Assembly (NCBI GenBank): GCA_965242725.1 | Contig: CBDESZ010000023.1 | Coordinates: forward strand, 8,758 to 72,757 | Length of the DNA: 64,000 nt | Source: Alkalispirochaeta sp. | GTDB taxonomy: Bacteria > Spirochaetota > Spirochaetia > DSM-27196 > Alkalispirochaetaceae | Reading direction: 5' to 3' | Part shown: in pieces, positions 29,080 through 39,919 of the stretch | How positions within the stretch are numbered: the first letter of the stretch is position 1 | Layout: every line of letters begins with the position of its first letter | Position numbers and translations under genes: made by a program | The notes under the pieces: model-generated | Told to the model about the DNA's origin: nothing | Databases searched by the model: none | What the model saw: the letters and a program-made list of their open reading frames with translations, nothing else

Positions 29080-31071
29080 ATGAATAACAGTCGGGTGGTA
29101 CAGGTCGCCGTTCCCGTCCCCGTGGACAACACCTTCTCCTACGCGGTACCGGAGGAAATGGAGGACGTTCCCTTCGGCGTACGGGTCATCGTTCCCTTCG
29201 GACGGCGTACGGTGACGGGTGTTGTCGTCGGGTTTGGCGACGAAAACCGCCCTGTCGAGGAAATGAAGGATATCTCCCGGGTGCTGGACGAGGAACCGCT
29301 CTTTGACGAGAGTTACCTTGACCTGGCGAGATGGGTTTCCCGCAGCTATGTGAGCCCCCTGGGAGAGGTTCTCTCCTCGATGCTGCCGAGCGCGAGAAAA
29401 AAGCGGGAGCTCCCTGAGGGGACGGGAGACGAACCGGAGGTGGTTCCTGAACGAATCATCCTCTCTGAAGAACAGGAGCGAGCCATATCCGCCGTTTCAC
29501 GGGAGGTACAGCCCGGGGAGGAAGGGTGGTACTATCTCTACGGCATCACCGGGAGCGGCAAGACCGAGGTCTTTCTGCGCCTCGCCGAGCGGGTGATCGC
29601 GGAAGGCCGCACCGTACTGTACCTCGTCCCGGAGATCGCCCTGACGCATCAGCTCTTTGACCACCTGGTCCGCCGCTTTCGCGACAAGGTGGCGATGATT
29701 CACTCCGGTCTGACGCCCTCGCAGCGTCTGGGGCAGTGGCAGCGAATCCGCCGCGGCGACGCCGCACTTGTCGTAGGAGCGCGGAGCGCCGTATTTGCCC
29801 CCGTTTCCCGTCTCGGCCTCGTCATCATCGACGAGGAACACGAGAGTTCCTACAAATCGGGAACCGCCCCGCGGTATCACGCCCGTCAGGTTGCCCTCCA
29901 TCGGGCGCGGAGCGCCGGCGCCGCCTGTGTCATGGGATCGGCAACGCCGTCGGTGGAGGCGTGGCGGCTGATGCAGGAAGGACGATTGCATCGCCTTGAG
30001 CTGACCCGCCGATTGTCGGGGGGACGTCTGCCGGTCATTCGGGTGGAAAACGTCCGGGGTGCGTCGTCTCTGCTGTCACAGCCGCTCAGAGAGGCGCTCC
30101 TGGAGACGCACAGCCTCGGTGCCCAGAGCATTCTCTTTTTGAACCGCCGGGGATACGCGGGGGTCTTTCAGTGCCGCAGTTGCGGATATCAGACGGAGTG
30201 TCCCCGATGTTCGGTCCCGATGACCTACCACAAATCCCGGGGACGGCTGGTGTGTCACTATTGCGGGTATCACTCCAGGCCGATGTCTATGTGTCCCGAG
30301 TGCGGATCCCTTGACGTCGGATATACGGGATTCGGGACGGAACGGATTGAAGAGGACCTGGAACGGGAGCTTCCGGATCTGAGAATCGCCAGGCTCGATA
30401 CGGACGTTACCGGTACCAGGGGAGCTCTCTCCGACATTCTCCACCGCTTCGGTGCAGGCGAACTTGACCTCCTGGTGGGAACGCAAATGGTTGCGAAGGG
30501 CCTCAATTTTCCGCGGGTAAAGACAGTGGGAATCGTCCTTGCCGACACGGGATTGAGCCTTCCAGATTTTCGATCTGCAGAGCGGACCTTTGCCCTTATC
30601 GTGCAGGTTGCGGGGCGGGCGGGGCGGTTTCGGACGGACGGTGAAGTGATCGTCCAGACAATGCGCCCCGAACACCCGGCGATTCAACACGCCGTTCATA
30701 TGGACATCGACGGGTTCTACCGGGACGAGCTCGCCGTCAGGGAGGCGCTGCGTTTCCCTCCCTTTTCCCGTCTCTTGCGGCTCGTCGTGCGCTCAGGCAG
30801 GCGTGACAGGGGAGAAGAGATGGCGCACTCTCTGGGAAGTCTTATTGAAAAAGGGATGGCCCAATGGGGAATCCCTCCGGAATCGGTGGAACTCCTCGGC
30901 CCGGCGCCGGCGCCCCTGGAACGAATAAACCGGAACTGGCGGTTTCAGCTTCTCCTGCGGGGCGAAAAGATCGCCACATTGATTCGCCTTGTCGAGCGGA
31001 TACGCCCGGAAATGTCAAAAATGACCGGCGTCTACGTGGAGATCGATGTAGACCCCGTACAGCTGTTGTAA
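29080..31071 (+). CDS. priA: Primosomal protein N'
   Basis: GITGSGKTE, DEEH, GSATPS, LNRRG, eight-Cys Zn motif and QVAGRAGR. Confidence 0.97.
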   Translation: MNNSRVVQVAVPVPVDNTFSYAVPEEMEDVPFGVRVIVPFGRRTVTGVVVGFGDENRPVEEMKDISRVLDEEPLFDESYLDLARWVSRSYVSPLGEVLSSMLPSARKKRELPEGTGDEPEVVPERIILSEEQERAISAVSREVQPGEEGWYYLYGITGSGKTEVFLRLAERVIAEGRTVLYLVPEIALTHQLFDHLVRRFRDKVAMIHSGLTPSQRLGQWQRIRRGDAALVVGARSAVFAPVSRLGLVIIDEEHESSYKSGTAPRYHARQVALHRARSAGAACVMGSATPSVEAWRLMQEGRLHRLELTRRLSGGRLPVIRVENVRGASSLLSQPLREALLETHSLGAQSILFLNRRGYAGVFQCRSCGYQTECPRCSVPMTYHKSRGRLVCHYCGYHSRPMSMCPECGSLDVGYTGFGTERIEEDLERELPDLRIARLDTDVTGTRGALSDILHRFGAGELDLLVGTQMVAKGLNFPRVKTVGIVLADTGLSLPDFRSAERTFALIVQVAGRAGRFRTDGEVIVQTMRPEHPAIQHAVHMDIDGFYRDELAVREALRFPPFSRLLRLVVRSGRRDRGEEMAHSLGSLIEKGMAQWGIPPESVELLGPAPAPLERINRNWRFQLLLRGEKIATLIRLVERIRPEMSKMTGVYVEIDVDPVQLL

Positions 31072-31084
31072 GTACACTGTAGCG

Positions 31085-31573
31085 GTGATTTCACTCGTTT
31101 ATCATCCCGACGATCGGCTGCAGACAAAGGTGGACCCTGTCACAAACATTTCGGCCGAGACCGTCCGTATCACATCGGAAATGCTGCAGACAATGCACGA
31201 AGCGAAGGGCATCGGATTGGCAGGCCCCCAGGTGGGTCTCATGGAACGACTCTTTGTCGTACACGTGCCGGACGACGCACCACGGGTATTTATAAACCCC
31301 CGGCTTGTTGCGGTATCCCCCGACCAGGGTCCATATGAAGAGGGGTGCCTGAGCATCCCCGGGGTTTACGCCGACGTGAAGCGTCCGCTGGAAGTCTCGG
31401 TGGAAGCCTACGATCAGCAGGGGCGCTTCTTTACTCTCGATGCCGACGGCGTTCTGGCCAGGGTCATTCAGCACGAGTATGACCACCTTGAGGGCGTACT
31501 TTTCTTTGAGTACCTGTCAAAGAGGAAGCAGGAACGGCTGCTGAAGTACTACCGAAAGCCGGGGGAGGGTTGA
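31085..31573 (+). CDS. def: Peptide deformylase
   Basis: Motifs GIGLAGPQ, EGCLSIP and QHEYDHL. Confidence 0.97.
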   Translation: MISLVYHPDDRLQTKVDPVTNISAETVRITSEMLQTMHEAKGIGLAGPQVGLMERLFVVHVPDDAPRVFINPRLVAVSPDQGPYEEGCLSIPGVYADVKRPLEVSVEAYDQQGRFFTLDADGVLARVIQHEYDHLEGVLFFEYLSKRKQERLLKYYRKPGEG

Positions 31574-32556
31574 CGCCTTTGGGTGATTCTCCAGCCCCCC
31601 TTCGCATTCTCTTTGCGGGAACTCCTGAAATCGCTCTATTTTCCCTCGACCGACTCATCGAGCAGAGTGGAAGAGAGTACGTTATCGCCGGCGTCCTGAC
31701 CAACCCCGACAGACCGGCGGGGCGGCGGCGGACGCCCGTACCGCCTCCGGTAAAGGTACGCGCCCGGGAAGGCGGGCTCCATGTGCTGCAGCCGGAAACA
31801 CTCGGCAGTGAAGCCCGGGAAGAGGTCCGGAAACTGAAGCCCGATCTTCTCGTATCGGTGGCGTACGGCAGGATATTCGGTCCCCGCTTTATGGAGCTCT
31901 TTCCCCGTGGGGGCATCAACCTGCACCCGTCGCTTCTACCCCGCTTCCGTGGACCAAGCCCGCTGCAGGCGGCCATACTCGCGGGAGACACTGAAACGGG
32001 GGTGACCATACAGAAAATCGCACCGGAACTCGACTCGGGAGCGATACTGGCGCAGGAGCGCGTTTCAATAGACCGTTCCACAACCGTTGAAGATCTGCAC
32101 GACCGGCTGGGCGCGCTCGGCGCCGCGCTTCTCGTGGACGTGGTGCGCCGCTACGCAGCGGGAACGGCGGAAGCCCGTGAACAGGACCATCAGGCGGCCA
32201 CGTTCTGCGGAAAAATCTCAAAAGAGGACGGCCGCATCGGCTGGAATGAGACGGCGGAGGAGCTTGACCGAATGGTCAGGGCCTTTACACCATGGCCCGG
32301 CGTCAGATGTGCCTGGGGTGCATCGACACTGCATATCACCGCGGCCTCCGTGGTTGCGGAAGACGGCGATGAAAGCACCGGTTCCGCCTCCCCCCCGGGT
32401 ACAGTGGTCGGTGTAGACAACCGCCGTGGAATTTTGATACAAACCGTGGATGGTCTCCTTGCCGTACGCCGACTCAAACAGGAAGCACGTAAGGAATTAG
32501 ACTTTTTGTCGTTTCTGAACGGCAATCAGGACTTTGTCGGAACGGTCCTGAAATAG
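31570..32556 (+). CDS. fmt: Methionyl-tRNA formyltransferase
   Basis: Motifs FAGTP, NLHPSLLP.FRG and AFTPWPG. Confidence 0.96.
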   Translation: MTPLGDSPAPLRILFAGTPEIALFSLDRLIEQSGREYVIAGVLTNPDRPAGRRRTPVPPPVKVRAREGGLHVLQPETLGSEAREEVRKLKPDLLVSVAYGRIFGPRFMELFPRGGINLHPSLLPRFRGPSPLQAAILAGDTETGVTIQKIAPELDSGAILAQERVSIDRSTTVEDLHDRLGALGAALLVDVVRRYAAGTAEAREQDHQAATFCGKISKEDGRIGWNETAEELDRMVRAFTPWPGVRCAWGASTLHITAASVVAEDGDESTGSASPPGTVVGVDNRRGILIQTVDGLLAVRRLKQEARKELDFLSFLNGNQDFVGTVLK

Positions 32557-32565
32557 GCGAAAAAA

Positions 32566-33600
32566 ATGATCAGGCGACTCATTTTCGGAAAGAAAAAAGA
32601 AAAACAAGAGCTCACCCCGGACCGTCGGTATTTCCGTATCACCATTTGGGCGTTTCTTGCGTTGACGGTGATTCTCGGTCTCTCCGCGCTGACGAGCTTT
32701 CTCCTTACATTGCGCGGTCCCGCTCAGACTCAGGTGCCTGATACCGTGAACGACGATATCGTGAGTGCCCTCATCGAGCTGCAGGAACGGGACCTCTATC
32801 CGCAGGTGCAGGTCCGGTATCACTCCGATCCGACGTTGAAGGGGCACGTCATCGGGCAGACTCCCGAGGCGGGCAGTGTCGTTCGCGCGGGTCGACGGGT
32901 GACGCTCATCGTCAGTCAGGGCGCCGTCATTGAAGAGATCGCGGACTACCGCGGACGCCTCCTGCAGGAAGTTCAGTCCGAAATTCAGGCACTTGGCGTC
33001 GGCGGCGCGGAACTGTTGCGCATTGAAGGCGTCAGTTACGTCTTTGACGACGCCGACGTCGGTACCGTTATCGAGCAGTCTCCGGCACCGGGCACTGAAA
33101 TTACCGGGACCACACCCGTCCAGCTGGTGGTAAGCCGTGGACCGGACATTGAAAAGATATCCCTACCCACCTTTCAGGGGCTCCACTGGGAAGATGCCCT
33201 GAAGATCCTTGCCCGTGATAACATTCCGTTCGTGTTTCGCGTACAGGAACAACCAACGATCGGACAGGAAGGGGTCGTCGTCGCCCAGGAGCCGGAAGCA
33301 GGTACCCAGGTGGTTCCGGATACACCGATCCACTTGACGATCCGAAGTGTCCGGGATGTGGAAGAGGGAATGCAGTTCGGCATATTCGACCGAACGCTGC
33401 CGGAGTACGCCGTCTCGGTAGAGCTCTCGGCGATCGCCGTCGGGCCCGAGGGCGAGAGCACCCCGCTCTTTCACATGATACACCCAGGCGGTAGGGTGGC
33501 ATTCCCATATCGATTGAGCATCGGAACGACCATTGTGCTCTATCGATACGACACGGAAGTGATACGGTACTTCGTACGGGATACCGAAACGGAAGACTGA
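32566..33600 (+). CDS. PASTA-domain membrane protein
   Basis: One TM segment plus three PASTA repeats (G.VI.Q.P.AG...L.VS). Confidence 0.88.
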   Translation: MIRRLIFGKKKEKQELTPDRRYFRITIWAFLALTVILGLSALTSFLLTLRGPAQTQVPDTVNDDIVSALIELQERDLYPQVQVRYHSDPTLKGHVIGQTPEAGSVVRAGRRVTLIVSQGAVIEEIADYRGRLLQEVQSEIQALGVGGAELLRIEGVSYVFDDADVGTVIEQSPAPGTEITGTTPVQLVVSRGPDIEKISLPTFQGLHWEDALKILARDNIPFVFRVQEQPTIGQEGVVVAQEPEAGTQVVPDTPIHLTIRSVRDVEEGMQFGIFDRTLPEYAVSVELSAIAVGPEGESTPLFHMIHPGGRVAFPYRLSIGTTIVLYRYDTEVIRYFVRDTETED

Positions 33601-33665
33601 GGCGATGGTCCTGATACCGCACACAACATCCTATTTATGAAGCGCAAACAGGGGAGGAGGATACT

Positions 33666-36600
33666 TTGTATAAACCCGTAGATTCGAAGGTGAACTTTCC
33701 GGAAATGGAAGAACAAATTCTCGCATACTGGGAGAATGAGCGCATCTTCGAGCGTTCTGTGGAACAACGCAGCGAGGGTGATCAGTTTGTATTCTACGAC
33801 GGCCCTCCCTTCGCCACGGGATTACCCCATTTCGGCCATTTTGTGCCCGGTACGATCAAGGACATCATTCCCCGATATCAGACGATGAAGGGGAAACGGG
33901 TGGAACGCCGTTTCGGATGGGACTGCCACGGCCTGCCTGTGGAATATGAGATGGAAAAAGAGCTGGGAATTTCCGGTGCCGGCGAAATCGAAGCGTACGG
34001 AGTGGCAAAGTTCAACGACGCCTGCCGGGGGATTGTGCTGCGCTACACCGCTGAATGGCGGCAGATCGTCACACGTATGGGTAGATGGGTCGATTTTGAC
34101 AACGACTACCGCACAATGGAACCGGAATATATGGAGACGATCTGGTGGGTCTTCAAGCGGCTCTGGGAAAAGGGGTTGATCTATGAGGGTCATTACATCC
34201 TTCCCTACAGTCCCGCCCTGGCGACGCCGCTTTCCAATTTCGAAGTCAATCTGGGGGGCTACCACGACGTCGATGATCCGGCGATCACCGTGCGTTTTGA
34301 ACTGGTTGATCAGCCGGGTACCTACATTCTCGCGTGGACGACGACGCCCTGGACGCTTCCGAGTAACCTCGCCCTTGCAGCGGGGGAGGAAATCTCCTAC
34401 GTCAAGGTGCGGGACGGAGAGGCACACTACATTCTCGCCGAAAGTCGGCTTGACCACTACTACCGGGACGAGTCCGAGTATACAGTCATCGAACGCCTCA
34501 CCGGCGCCGACCTGAAAGGGCTGAAATACCGCCCCATCTTTCCCTATTTTGAGGAACTGGCGGGACAGGGCGCGTTCACGGTGCACCTGGGCGATTTTGT
34601 CACCACCGAGGACGGTACGGGAGTCGTCCATATCGCCCCGGGATTCGGTGAGGATGACTACAACCTGCTCTCCGACTCGGGACTTCCCGTCATTGTTCCC
34701 ATCGACAAGGAAGCGCGTTTTACCGCAGAGGTTCCCGACTTTGAGGGCCAGCAGGTCAAGGACGCGGACAAGAACATCATAGCCTATCTCAAGGACCGGG
34801 GTATCCTCGTCAAGAGGGAGACCTATCGTCACCCCTATCCATTCTGTTACCGCACCAAGAAACCGCTGATTTACCGCGCCGTGGCGTCCTGGTTTGTGGA
34901 CATCGGCAAGGTGAAGACGAGCATGCTGAATGCCAACGATCGCATCCGATGGGTGCCGGGGCATCTTCAGAAAGGACGCTTCGGAAAGTGGCTCGAAGGC
35001 GCAAGGGACTGGGCGATAAGCAGAAACCGCTACTGGGGCAATCCGATACCCGTCTGGAAGTGCGACGGCAGCGACCACGTGGAAGTGATCGGCAGCCGTG
35101 AAGAGCTGCAGAAGAAGTCCGGTGTATGGGTGGAAGATCTCCACAAGCAGTACGTCGATGAGATCACCTGGCCGAGCCCCGACGGCAAGGGAACGATGCG
35201 GCGCATACCGGAAGTCCTGGACTGCTGGTTTGAATCGGGGGCAATGCCCTACGCCCAGAACCACTATCCTTTTGACAACAAAGAGTACTTCGAGGCCAAC
35301 TTCCCCGCAGACTTCATCTGTGAAGGACTCGATCAGACACGGGGATGGTTTTACACGCTCACCGTCCTGGCGGCGGCGCTCTTTGACGCACCGGCCTTTG
35401 AAAACGTCGTGGTGAACGGACTCGTTCTCGCCGAAGACGGCAAAAAGATGTCCAAGAGCGACAGGAACTACACCGATCCCAAGGATATCATCAATCAGTT
35501 TGGCGCCGATGCCCTTCGCCTCTTCCTGATGAACTCCGCCGTCGTAAAGGCGGAGGATCTGAAGTACTCCGACGAAGGCGTCCGGGAGATCCTCAAGACG
35601 GTCATTATCCCCTACTGGAACGCCTACACCTTTTTTGTTACCTACGCGAATATCGACGGCGTGCAGCCCACCGGCGCTCCCGACAATCCCGACAACCCCC
35701 TCGACCGGTGGGTGCTCTCGGAAGCGGAAAAGCTGATCGAAGAGGTGACGGAACAGCTGGATGCATACGATCTGCAGAAGGCGATCGATCCGATCGTCAC
35801 GTTCATCGACTCCCTCAATAACTGGTACATCCGGCGCAGCCGCCGCCGGTTCTGGAAGAGTGAGAACGACGGTGACAAGGAACAGGCGTATCAGACGCTC
35901 TACTCCGTGCTCATGACGCTGACGAAGGTGGCGGCGCCGATCGTCCCCTTCATTACCGAGGAAATCTATCTCAACCTCAAGAGGAATGCCGATATCGACT
36001 CGGTCCATTTGTGCGACTATCCCGTGGCCGATCAGCGTAGACGTGACAGGGAGCTGGAACGAAAGATGGCAACGACGCGGCAGGCGGTAAGCCTGGGGCG
36101 GGCGCTGCGGACGATGCACAACCTGAAAATACGCCAGCCCCTTTCGGCGATGCATCTGGTCACCCGCGACGACGAGGCCAAACGGATTCTCCGGGAGATG
36201 GAGGATATCATCAGGGAAGAGCTCAACGTGAAAGAGGTGGTTTTCCGGGAGAACGAGGAAGAACTGGTTGAATATTCCGCCAAGGCAAATTTCCGTGCCC
36301 TGGGTCCCCTTCTCGGGAAGAGGATGCGGAACGCGGCGGCCCTCATCGAGGGATTCCACGGCGATGAAATTCAGCAGCTCCTCGACGGAAGCACCCTGAG
36401 CATCGACGTGGACGGCGAGCCGGTGGAAATCACAATCGATCACGTCATCGTCCGGCGCCAGGAAAAGGAAGAACTGAAAGTTCTCAACGAAGGCTCTCTG
36501 ACGGTGGCGCTGGATCCGACGATAACGGAGGAACTGAAGCAGGAAGGACTCGTCCGGGACCTGATTCGGGCCGTCCAGAACCTGCGCAAAGAGCGGGGAC

Positions 36601-36788
36601 TGGATGTGACTGATCGAATCAAACTGGGTGTCGCAGGCGACGACGTCGTCATCGACGCGGCCCGTAACTTTGACGAGTACCTCTGCGGGGAGACGCTGAC
36701 GGATGAACTTGTATGGAACGTCTCCGACGACGCTGCGGAGGTCGAACTCGGCGAAAACCGGGTGCTTCTCTCAGTCGCAAAGAAATAG
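33666..36788 (+). CDS. ileS: Isoleucine-tRNA ligase (type 2, eukaryote-like)
   Basis: DGPPFATGLPHFGH, GWDCHGLP, WTTTPWT and KMSKS. TTG start follows GGAGGAGG. Confidence 0.98.
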   Translation: MYKPVDSKVNFPEMEEQILAYWENERIFERSVEQRSEGDQFVFYDGPPFATGLPHFGHFVPGTIKDIIPRYQTMKGKRVERRFGWDCHGLPVEYEMEKELGISGAGEIEAYGVAKFNDACRGIVLRYTAEWRQIVTRMGRWVDFDNDYRTMEPEYMETIWWVFKRLWEKGLIYEGHYILPYSPALATPLSNFEVNLGGYHDVDDPAITVRFELVDQPGTYILAWTTTPWTLPSNLALAAGEEISYVKVRDGEAHYILAESRLDHYYRDESEYTVIERLTGADLKGLKYRPIFPYFEELAGQGAFTVHLGDFVTTEDGTGVVHIAPGFGEDDYNLLSDSGLPVIVPIDKEARFTAEVPDFEGQQVKDADKNIIAYLKDRGILVKRETYRHPYPFCYRTKKPLIYRAVASWFVDIGKVKTSMLNANDRIRWVPGHLQKGRFGKWLEGARDWAISRNRYWGNPIPVWKCDGSDHVEVIGSREELQKKSGVWVEDLHKQYVDEITWPSPDGKGTMRRIPEVLDCWFESGAMPYAQNHYPFDNKEYFEANFPADFICEGLDQTRGWFYTLTVLAAALFDAPAFENVVVNGLVLAEDGKKMSKSDRNYTDPKDIINQFGADALRLFLMNSAVVKAEDLKYSDEGVREILKTVIIPYWNAYTFFVTYANIDGVQPTGAPDNPDNPLDRWVLSEAEKLIEEVTEQLDAYDLQKAIDPIVTFIDSLNNWYIRRSRRRFWKSENDGDKEQAYQTLYSVLMTLTKVAAPIVPFITEEIYLNLKRNADIDSVHLCDYPVADQRRRDRELERKMATTRQAVSLGRALRTMHNLKIRQPLSAMHLVTRDDEAKRILREMEDIIREELNVKEVVFRENEEELVEYSAKANFRALGPLLGKRMRNAAALIEGFHGDEIQQLLDGSTLSIDVDGEPVEITIDHVIVRRQEKEELKVLNEGSLTVALDPTITEELKQEGLVRDLIRAVQNLRKERGLDVTDRIKLGVAGDDVVIDAARNFDEYLCGETLTDELVWNVSDDAAEVELGENRVLLSVAKK

Positions 36789-37647
36789 CGTCGTCCCGTT
36801 CCGCGTTGCCGTCATCGTTGTGATGGCGGCGGCAACCCTCTGGGGGTGTACAACGCCGCCGAAGGGAGTTGCCCCTTCGGAGCGGGAGGGCGGCGATTTT
36901 TTCTCCACCGAAGACCGCCGGTTTCTCGAAACCGTCACCACCCTTGGTGTCGGCGGTGAAGGGGAGCTCTTTTTCACATTCGACCGGTGGGCCGAAGGGC
37001 GGTCGCGACTGGAGCGTCTCGTTCCCGAGGCGTCAACGTCAATGCAGAAGGTACGTCGCCTGTGGGCGGGTATTTCACCGGACCGCACCGTTGTCGTTCT
37101 TCATGTGGATGCGTCACGGTTCCTTTCAAGTATCGCCTTGAATTCCCGCGGATGGGACCGCATCGACTGGGGTCTCTGGCGCAACCCGCGCACCGGAACG
37201 ACCGTGTCTTTTCTACCGGATCGCCTCTGGCTCGTCACGGCGGGCGCCTCCGTGTCGACACGGGAGGAGCTTCCCCGGCTGCCGGTCCTTATTGACGAGT
37301 TTTCCCTGGAAGGCGCCGATCGGGAGGAGCGGCGGCCTGCCGTCGGTATCGGGTATTTCCCGGTATTCCCCATTGAAGGAATCCCCCAACAGATCACGCC
37401 CCATGAGTTCCGCTTTCTCATCTTTCAGAACGAGTCGGTGGTGATGAGACTCTCCTTCAGGGACGAGTTTCTCGCGCGCATCGCCCTCGTTCCGCTTCGG
37501 CTGCGGGGAGCGGTGCTTGCGGAAGCGTTGGGCTTTGTCATAGACGACGATTTTGATATCCTGCGGGAGGGTTCAACGATTACCATGGGCGGCGTCTCCC
37601 TGGGAGACGTATCGGATTTGCTTCGCCTCGCCCCGGTGACGTTTTGA
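36703..37647 (+). CDS. Hypothetical lipoprotein (start uncertain)
   Basis: Hydrophobic stretch followed by lipobox-like 'LWGC'. Fills the ileS-hisH gap. Confidence 0.65.
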   Translation: MNLYGTSPTTLRRSNSAKTGCFSQSQRNSVVPFRVAVIVVMAAATLWGCTTPPKGVAPSEREGGDFFSTEDRRFLETVTTLGVGGEGELFFTFDRWAEGRSRLERLVPEASTSMQKVRRLWAGISPDRTVVVLHVDASRFLSSIALNSRGWDRIDWGLWRNPRTGTTVSFLPDRLWLVTAGASVSTREELPRLPVLIDEFSLEGADREERRPAVGIGYFPVFPIEGIPQQITPHEFRFLIFQNESVVMRLSFRDEFLARIALVPLRLRGAVLAEALGFVIDDDFDILREGSTITMGGVSLGDVSDLLRLAPVTF

Positions 37648-37664
37648 CCCGTTAAGGAGGGCGT

Positions 37665-38273
37665 ATGCTTACGGTTATCGATTACGACGCCGGTAACTTA
37701 CGAAGTGTCGAGACGACACTGCGCTATCTTGGAGCCGATTTTGTCGTAACCGGCGACCCCGACGTCGTGTCACGGTCCGGAAGAATCATATTCCCCGGTG
37801 TCGGCGATGCCGGCGCCGCAATGCAGCGATTGGACAGATCGGGACTGTCGGAGGCAATTCAGCGCCGCGTCGCGGAAGGCGTTCCGCTCCTTGGAATCTG
37901 TCTCGGTTCCCAGATCATTCTTGAAAGCTCAGAGGAAAGCGCTGCACCCTGCCTCGGAATTCTCGACGGGAAGACCGTCGCATTCGACGGGCGGCCCGGA
38001 CGCAAAGTGCCCCATATGGGATGGAATACGATCTCCGTAACCCGGAACCACGCCATTTTTACCGGTATCCCCGATGAGGCGGCGTTTTATTTCGTCCACT
38101 CCTACTATCCGCGGCCCGCTGCCAACGACGATATTCTCGCCACGACGGAGTATGGAGAGATCTTTCCCTCCGCGATCGGACGTGAAAATGTGGTGGCAAC
38201 CCAGTTTCATCCCGAAAAAAGCGGCGAGTTCGGCCTCAAAATGGTACAGAACTTTCTTGAGTGGAAAGGATAA
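37665..38273 (+). CDS. hisH: Imidazole glycerol phosphate synthase glutaminase subunit
   Basis: Motifs IDYDAGN, PGVG, GICLG, PHMGWN, YFVHSY and QFHPEKS. Confidence 0.96.
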   Translation: MLTVIDYDAGNLRSVETTLRYLGADFVVTGDPDVVSRSGRIIFPGVGDAGAAMQRLDRSGLSEAIQRRVAEGVPLLGICLGSQIILESSEESAAPCLGILDGKTVAFDGRPGRKVPHMGWNTISVTRNHAIFTGIPDEAAFYFVHSYYPRPAANDDILATTEYGEIFPSAIGRENVVATQFHPEKSGEFGLKMVQNFLEWKG

Positions 38274-38276
38274 TCG

Positions 38277-39050
38277 ATGTTTTATAAGCGAATAATCGTA
38301 TGCCTTGATGTCAGGGACGGTATGGTTACGAAAGGTGTCCGGTTCAAGGGCAATGTTGACATCGGGGACCCGGTGACCATGGCACGACAGTATTACGAGG
38401 ACGGCGTGGACGAGCTCGTTTTCTACGACATTACCGCCAGTGCGGAAAAGCGGAGCATCATGATCGATGTGGTGGAAAAGGTCGCCTCCCAGATCTTTGT
38501 ACCATTTTCAGTGGGCGGAGGAATCAGCAGCGTCGACGATATGCGGGCGGTACTGCTGGCTGGTGCGGAAAAGGTGAGCGTCAACAGCCAGGCGGTGAAA
38601 AATCCCGCAATTATCGATGAGGGAGCGTCGAGGTTCGGCCGTCAGTGTATCGTGCTGGGCATGGATGCACTGCGTGACGAAACGTCGGCGTCGGGGTATC
38701 GGGTATACATAAACGGCGGTCGTACCCCAACGGAACTGGATGCACTCGAGTGGGCCCGTGAAGCGGTGAAACGTGGCGCCGGCGAAATCGTTGTAAACAG
38801 TATTGACGCGGACGGGACGAAAGACGGATATGAATGCACGCTGACGGCGCTGCTGTCGGACGAAGTCTCCGTTCCGGTGGTAGCCTCCGGCGGTGCGGGT
38901 ATACCCGACCATATCTATGATGTGTTTTCCGCCGGGCACGCTGACGCCGCGCTCGTAGCGAGCATGGTCCATTACGGTGACTACTCGGTATCGTCGATTA
39001 AGGAGCAGCTGGCAGACAGGGGCGTACCCGTGAGAACGCGCTTCCGGTAG
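38277..39050 (+). CDS. hisF: Imidazole glycerol phosphate synthase cyclase subunit
   Basis: Motifs [36 protein letters not shown] and ASGGAG. Confidence 0.96.
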   Translation: MFYKRIIVCLDVRDGMVTKGVRFKGNVDIGDPVTMARQYYEDGVDELVFYDITASAEKRSIMIDVVEKVASQIFVPFSVGGGISSVDDMRAVLLAGAEKVSVNSQAVKNPAIIDEGASRFGRQCIVLGMDALRDETSASGYRVYINGGRTPTELDALEWAREAVKRGAGEIVVNSIDADGTKDGYECTLTALLSDEVSVPVVASGGAGIPDHIYDVFSAGHADAALVASMVHYGDYSVSSIKEQLADRGVPVRTRFR

Positions 39051-39135
39051 TCTCCCGATCACACGGCTGAGAGGGACTCTTGCCTTAAAGCCTTTCGTTA
39101 TATATATTTCCTTCGAATATAAGGAGCGAACCGAA

Positions 39136-39435
39136 ATGCCAACGTACGATTACGAATGTGATGCCTGTGGGCATCGGTTTGAAGCGTTTCAATCAATGAT
39201 GGATGATGCCCTGACGGTATGCCCCGAGTGCAGCGAGAAGATGCTGCGCCGTCTGATCACCGGTGGTACCGGCGTGATTTTTCGGGGAAGCGGCTTTTAC
39301 GTGAATGACAGCAAAAAGGGTGGAAGCAGCTCTTCAAGTCCCAAAAAGGAACAGAAGGAACAGAAGGAACAATCATCAACGACCGATTCCGGAAGTTCGA
39401 AAGATACTAAAAACAGCGAGAAGAAGACGGCCTAA
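39136..39435 (+). CDS. FmdB-family zinc-ribbon protein
   Basis: MPTYDYECDACG...CPEC...FRGSGFYVND. Low-complexity tail with a 9-bp (KEQ)x3 repeat. Confidence 0.92.
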   Translation: MPTYDYECDACGHRFEAFQSMMDDALTVCPECSEKMLRRLITGGTGVIFRGSGFYVNDSKKGGSSSSSPKKEQKEQKEQSSTTDSGSSKDTKNSEKKTA

Positions 39436-39490
39436 CATTTTGTAACGACTATATATTGAATTTATATTTGCAATATGATACTTTGAATAT

Positions 39491-39847
39491 ATGGAAATTG
39501 CGCCGTACAACAGCGAAGACCCGAGTTGCTGCTCCGAGGAGTACCTTGAGCAGTGTGCCCAGAAACTGAAAGTGTGTGGGCATCCAATGAGACTCCGCCT
39601 CTTATGCCGTATTGCCCGGGAAGAAGAGCCCTGTGTATCCGACCTGTGGAGTTGTCTCGATCAGCCGCAACCGGTCATTTCACAGCATCTTGCGGTGTTG
39701 AAGCAGAAAAACATCGTATCCAGCGAGGTGCGGGGAAATCGTCGCGTCTATTCCATCGTTGATCCGTTTATCCAGGAAATTGTCGGATCTCTCATCAACG
39801 TACCGGTTCAGGCGTCGGAAGAGACGGTCGCGGAGGGAGCATCCTGA
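39491..39847 (+). CDS. ArsR/SmtB-family regulator
   Basis: HPMRLRLL, CVSDL, QPVISQHLAVLK and RGNRRVY. Confidence 0.92.
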   Translation: MEIAPYNSEDPSCCSEEYLEQCAQKLKVCGHPMRLRLLCRIAREEEPCVSDLWSCLDQPQPVISQHLAVLKQKNIVSSEVRGNRRVYSIVDPFIQEIVGSLINVPVQASEETVAEGAS

Positions 39848-39919
39848 TATTCCCGGGGAAGCAACGAATCCCTCTCGTTCCGGTAGGCGCCGGTGGGCGT
39901 TGCCGGTACAATGGCGCAC

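Noticed and set aside
33822..36443. 873-aa antisense ORF
   Set aside because: Shadow ORF opposite ileS caused by codon bias, with no recognisable motifs.
33666..36788. Acquired mupirocin-resistance ileS2
   Set aside because: Type-2 IleRS is the usual spirochaete enzyme, and there is no mobile context.
37665..39050. hisH-hisF as glycan-amidation paralogues
   Set aside because: The sequences look canonical and there is no adjacent N-acetyl sugar amidotransferase gene.
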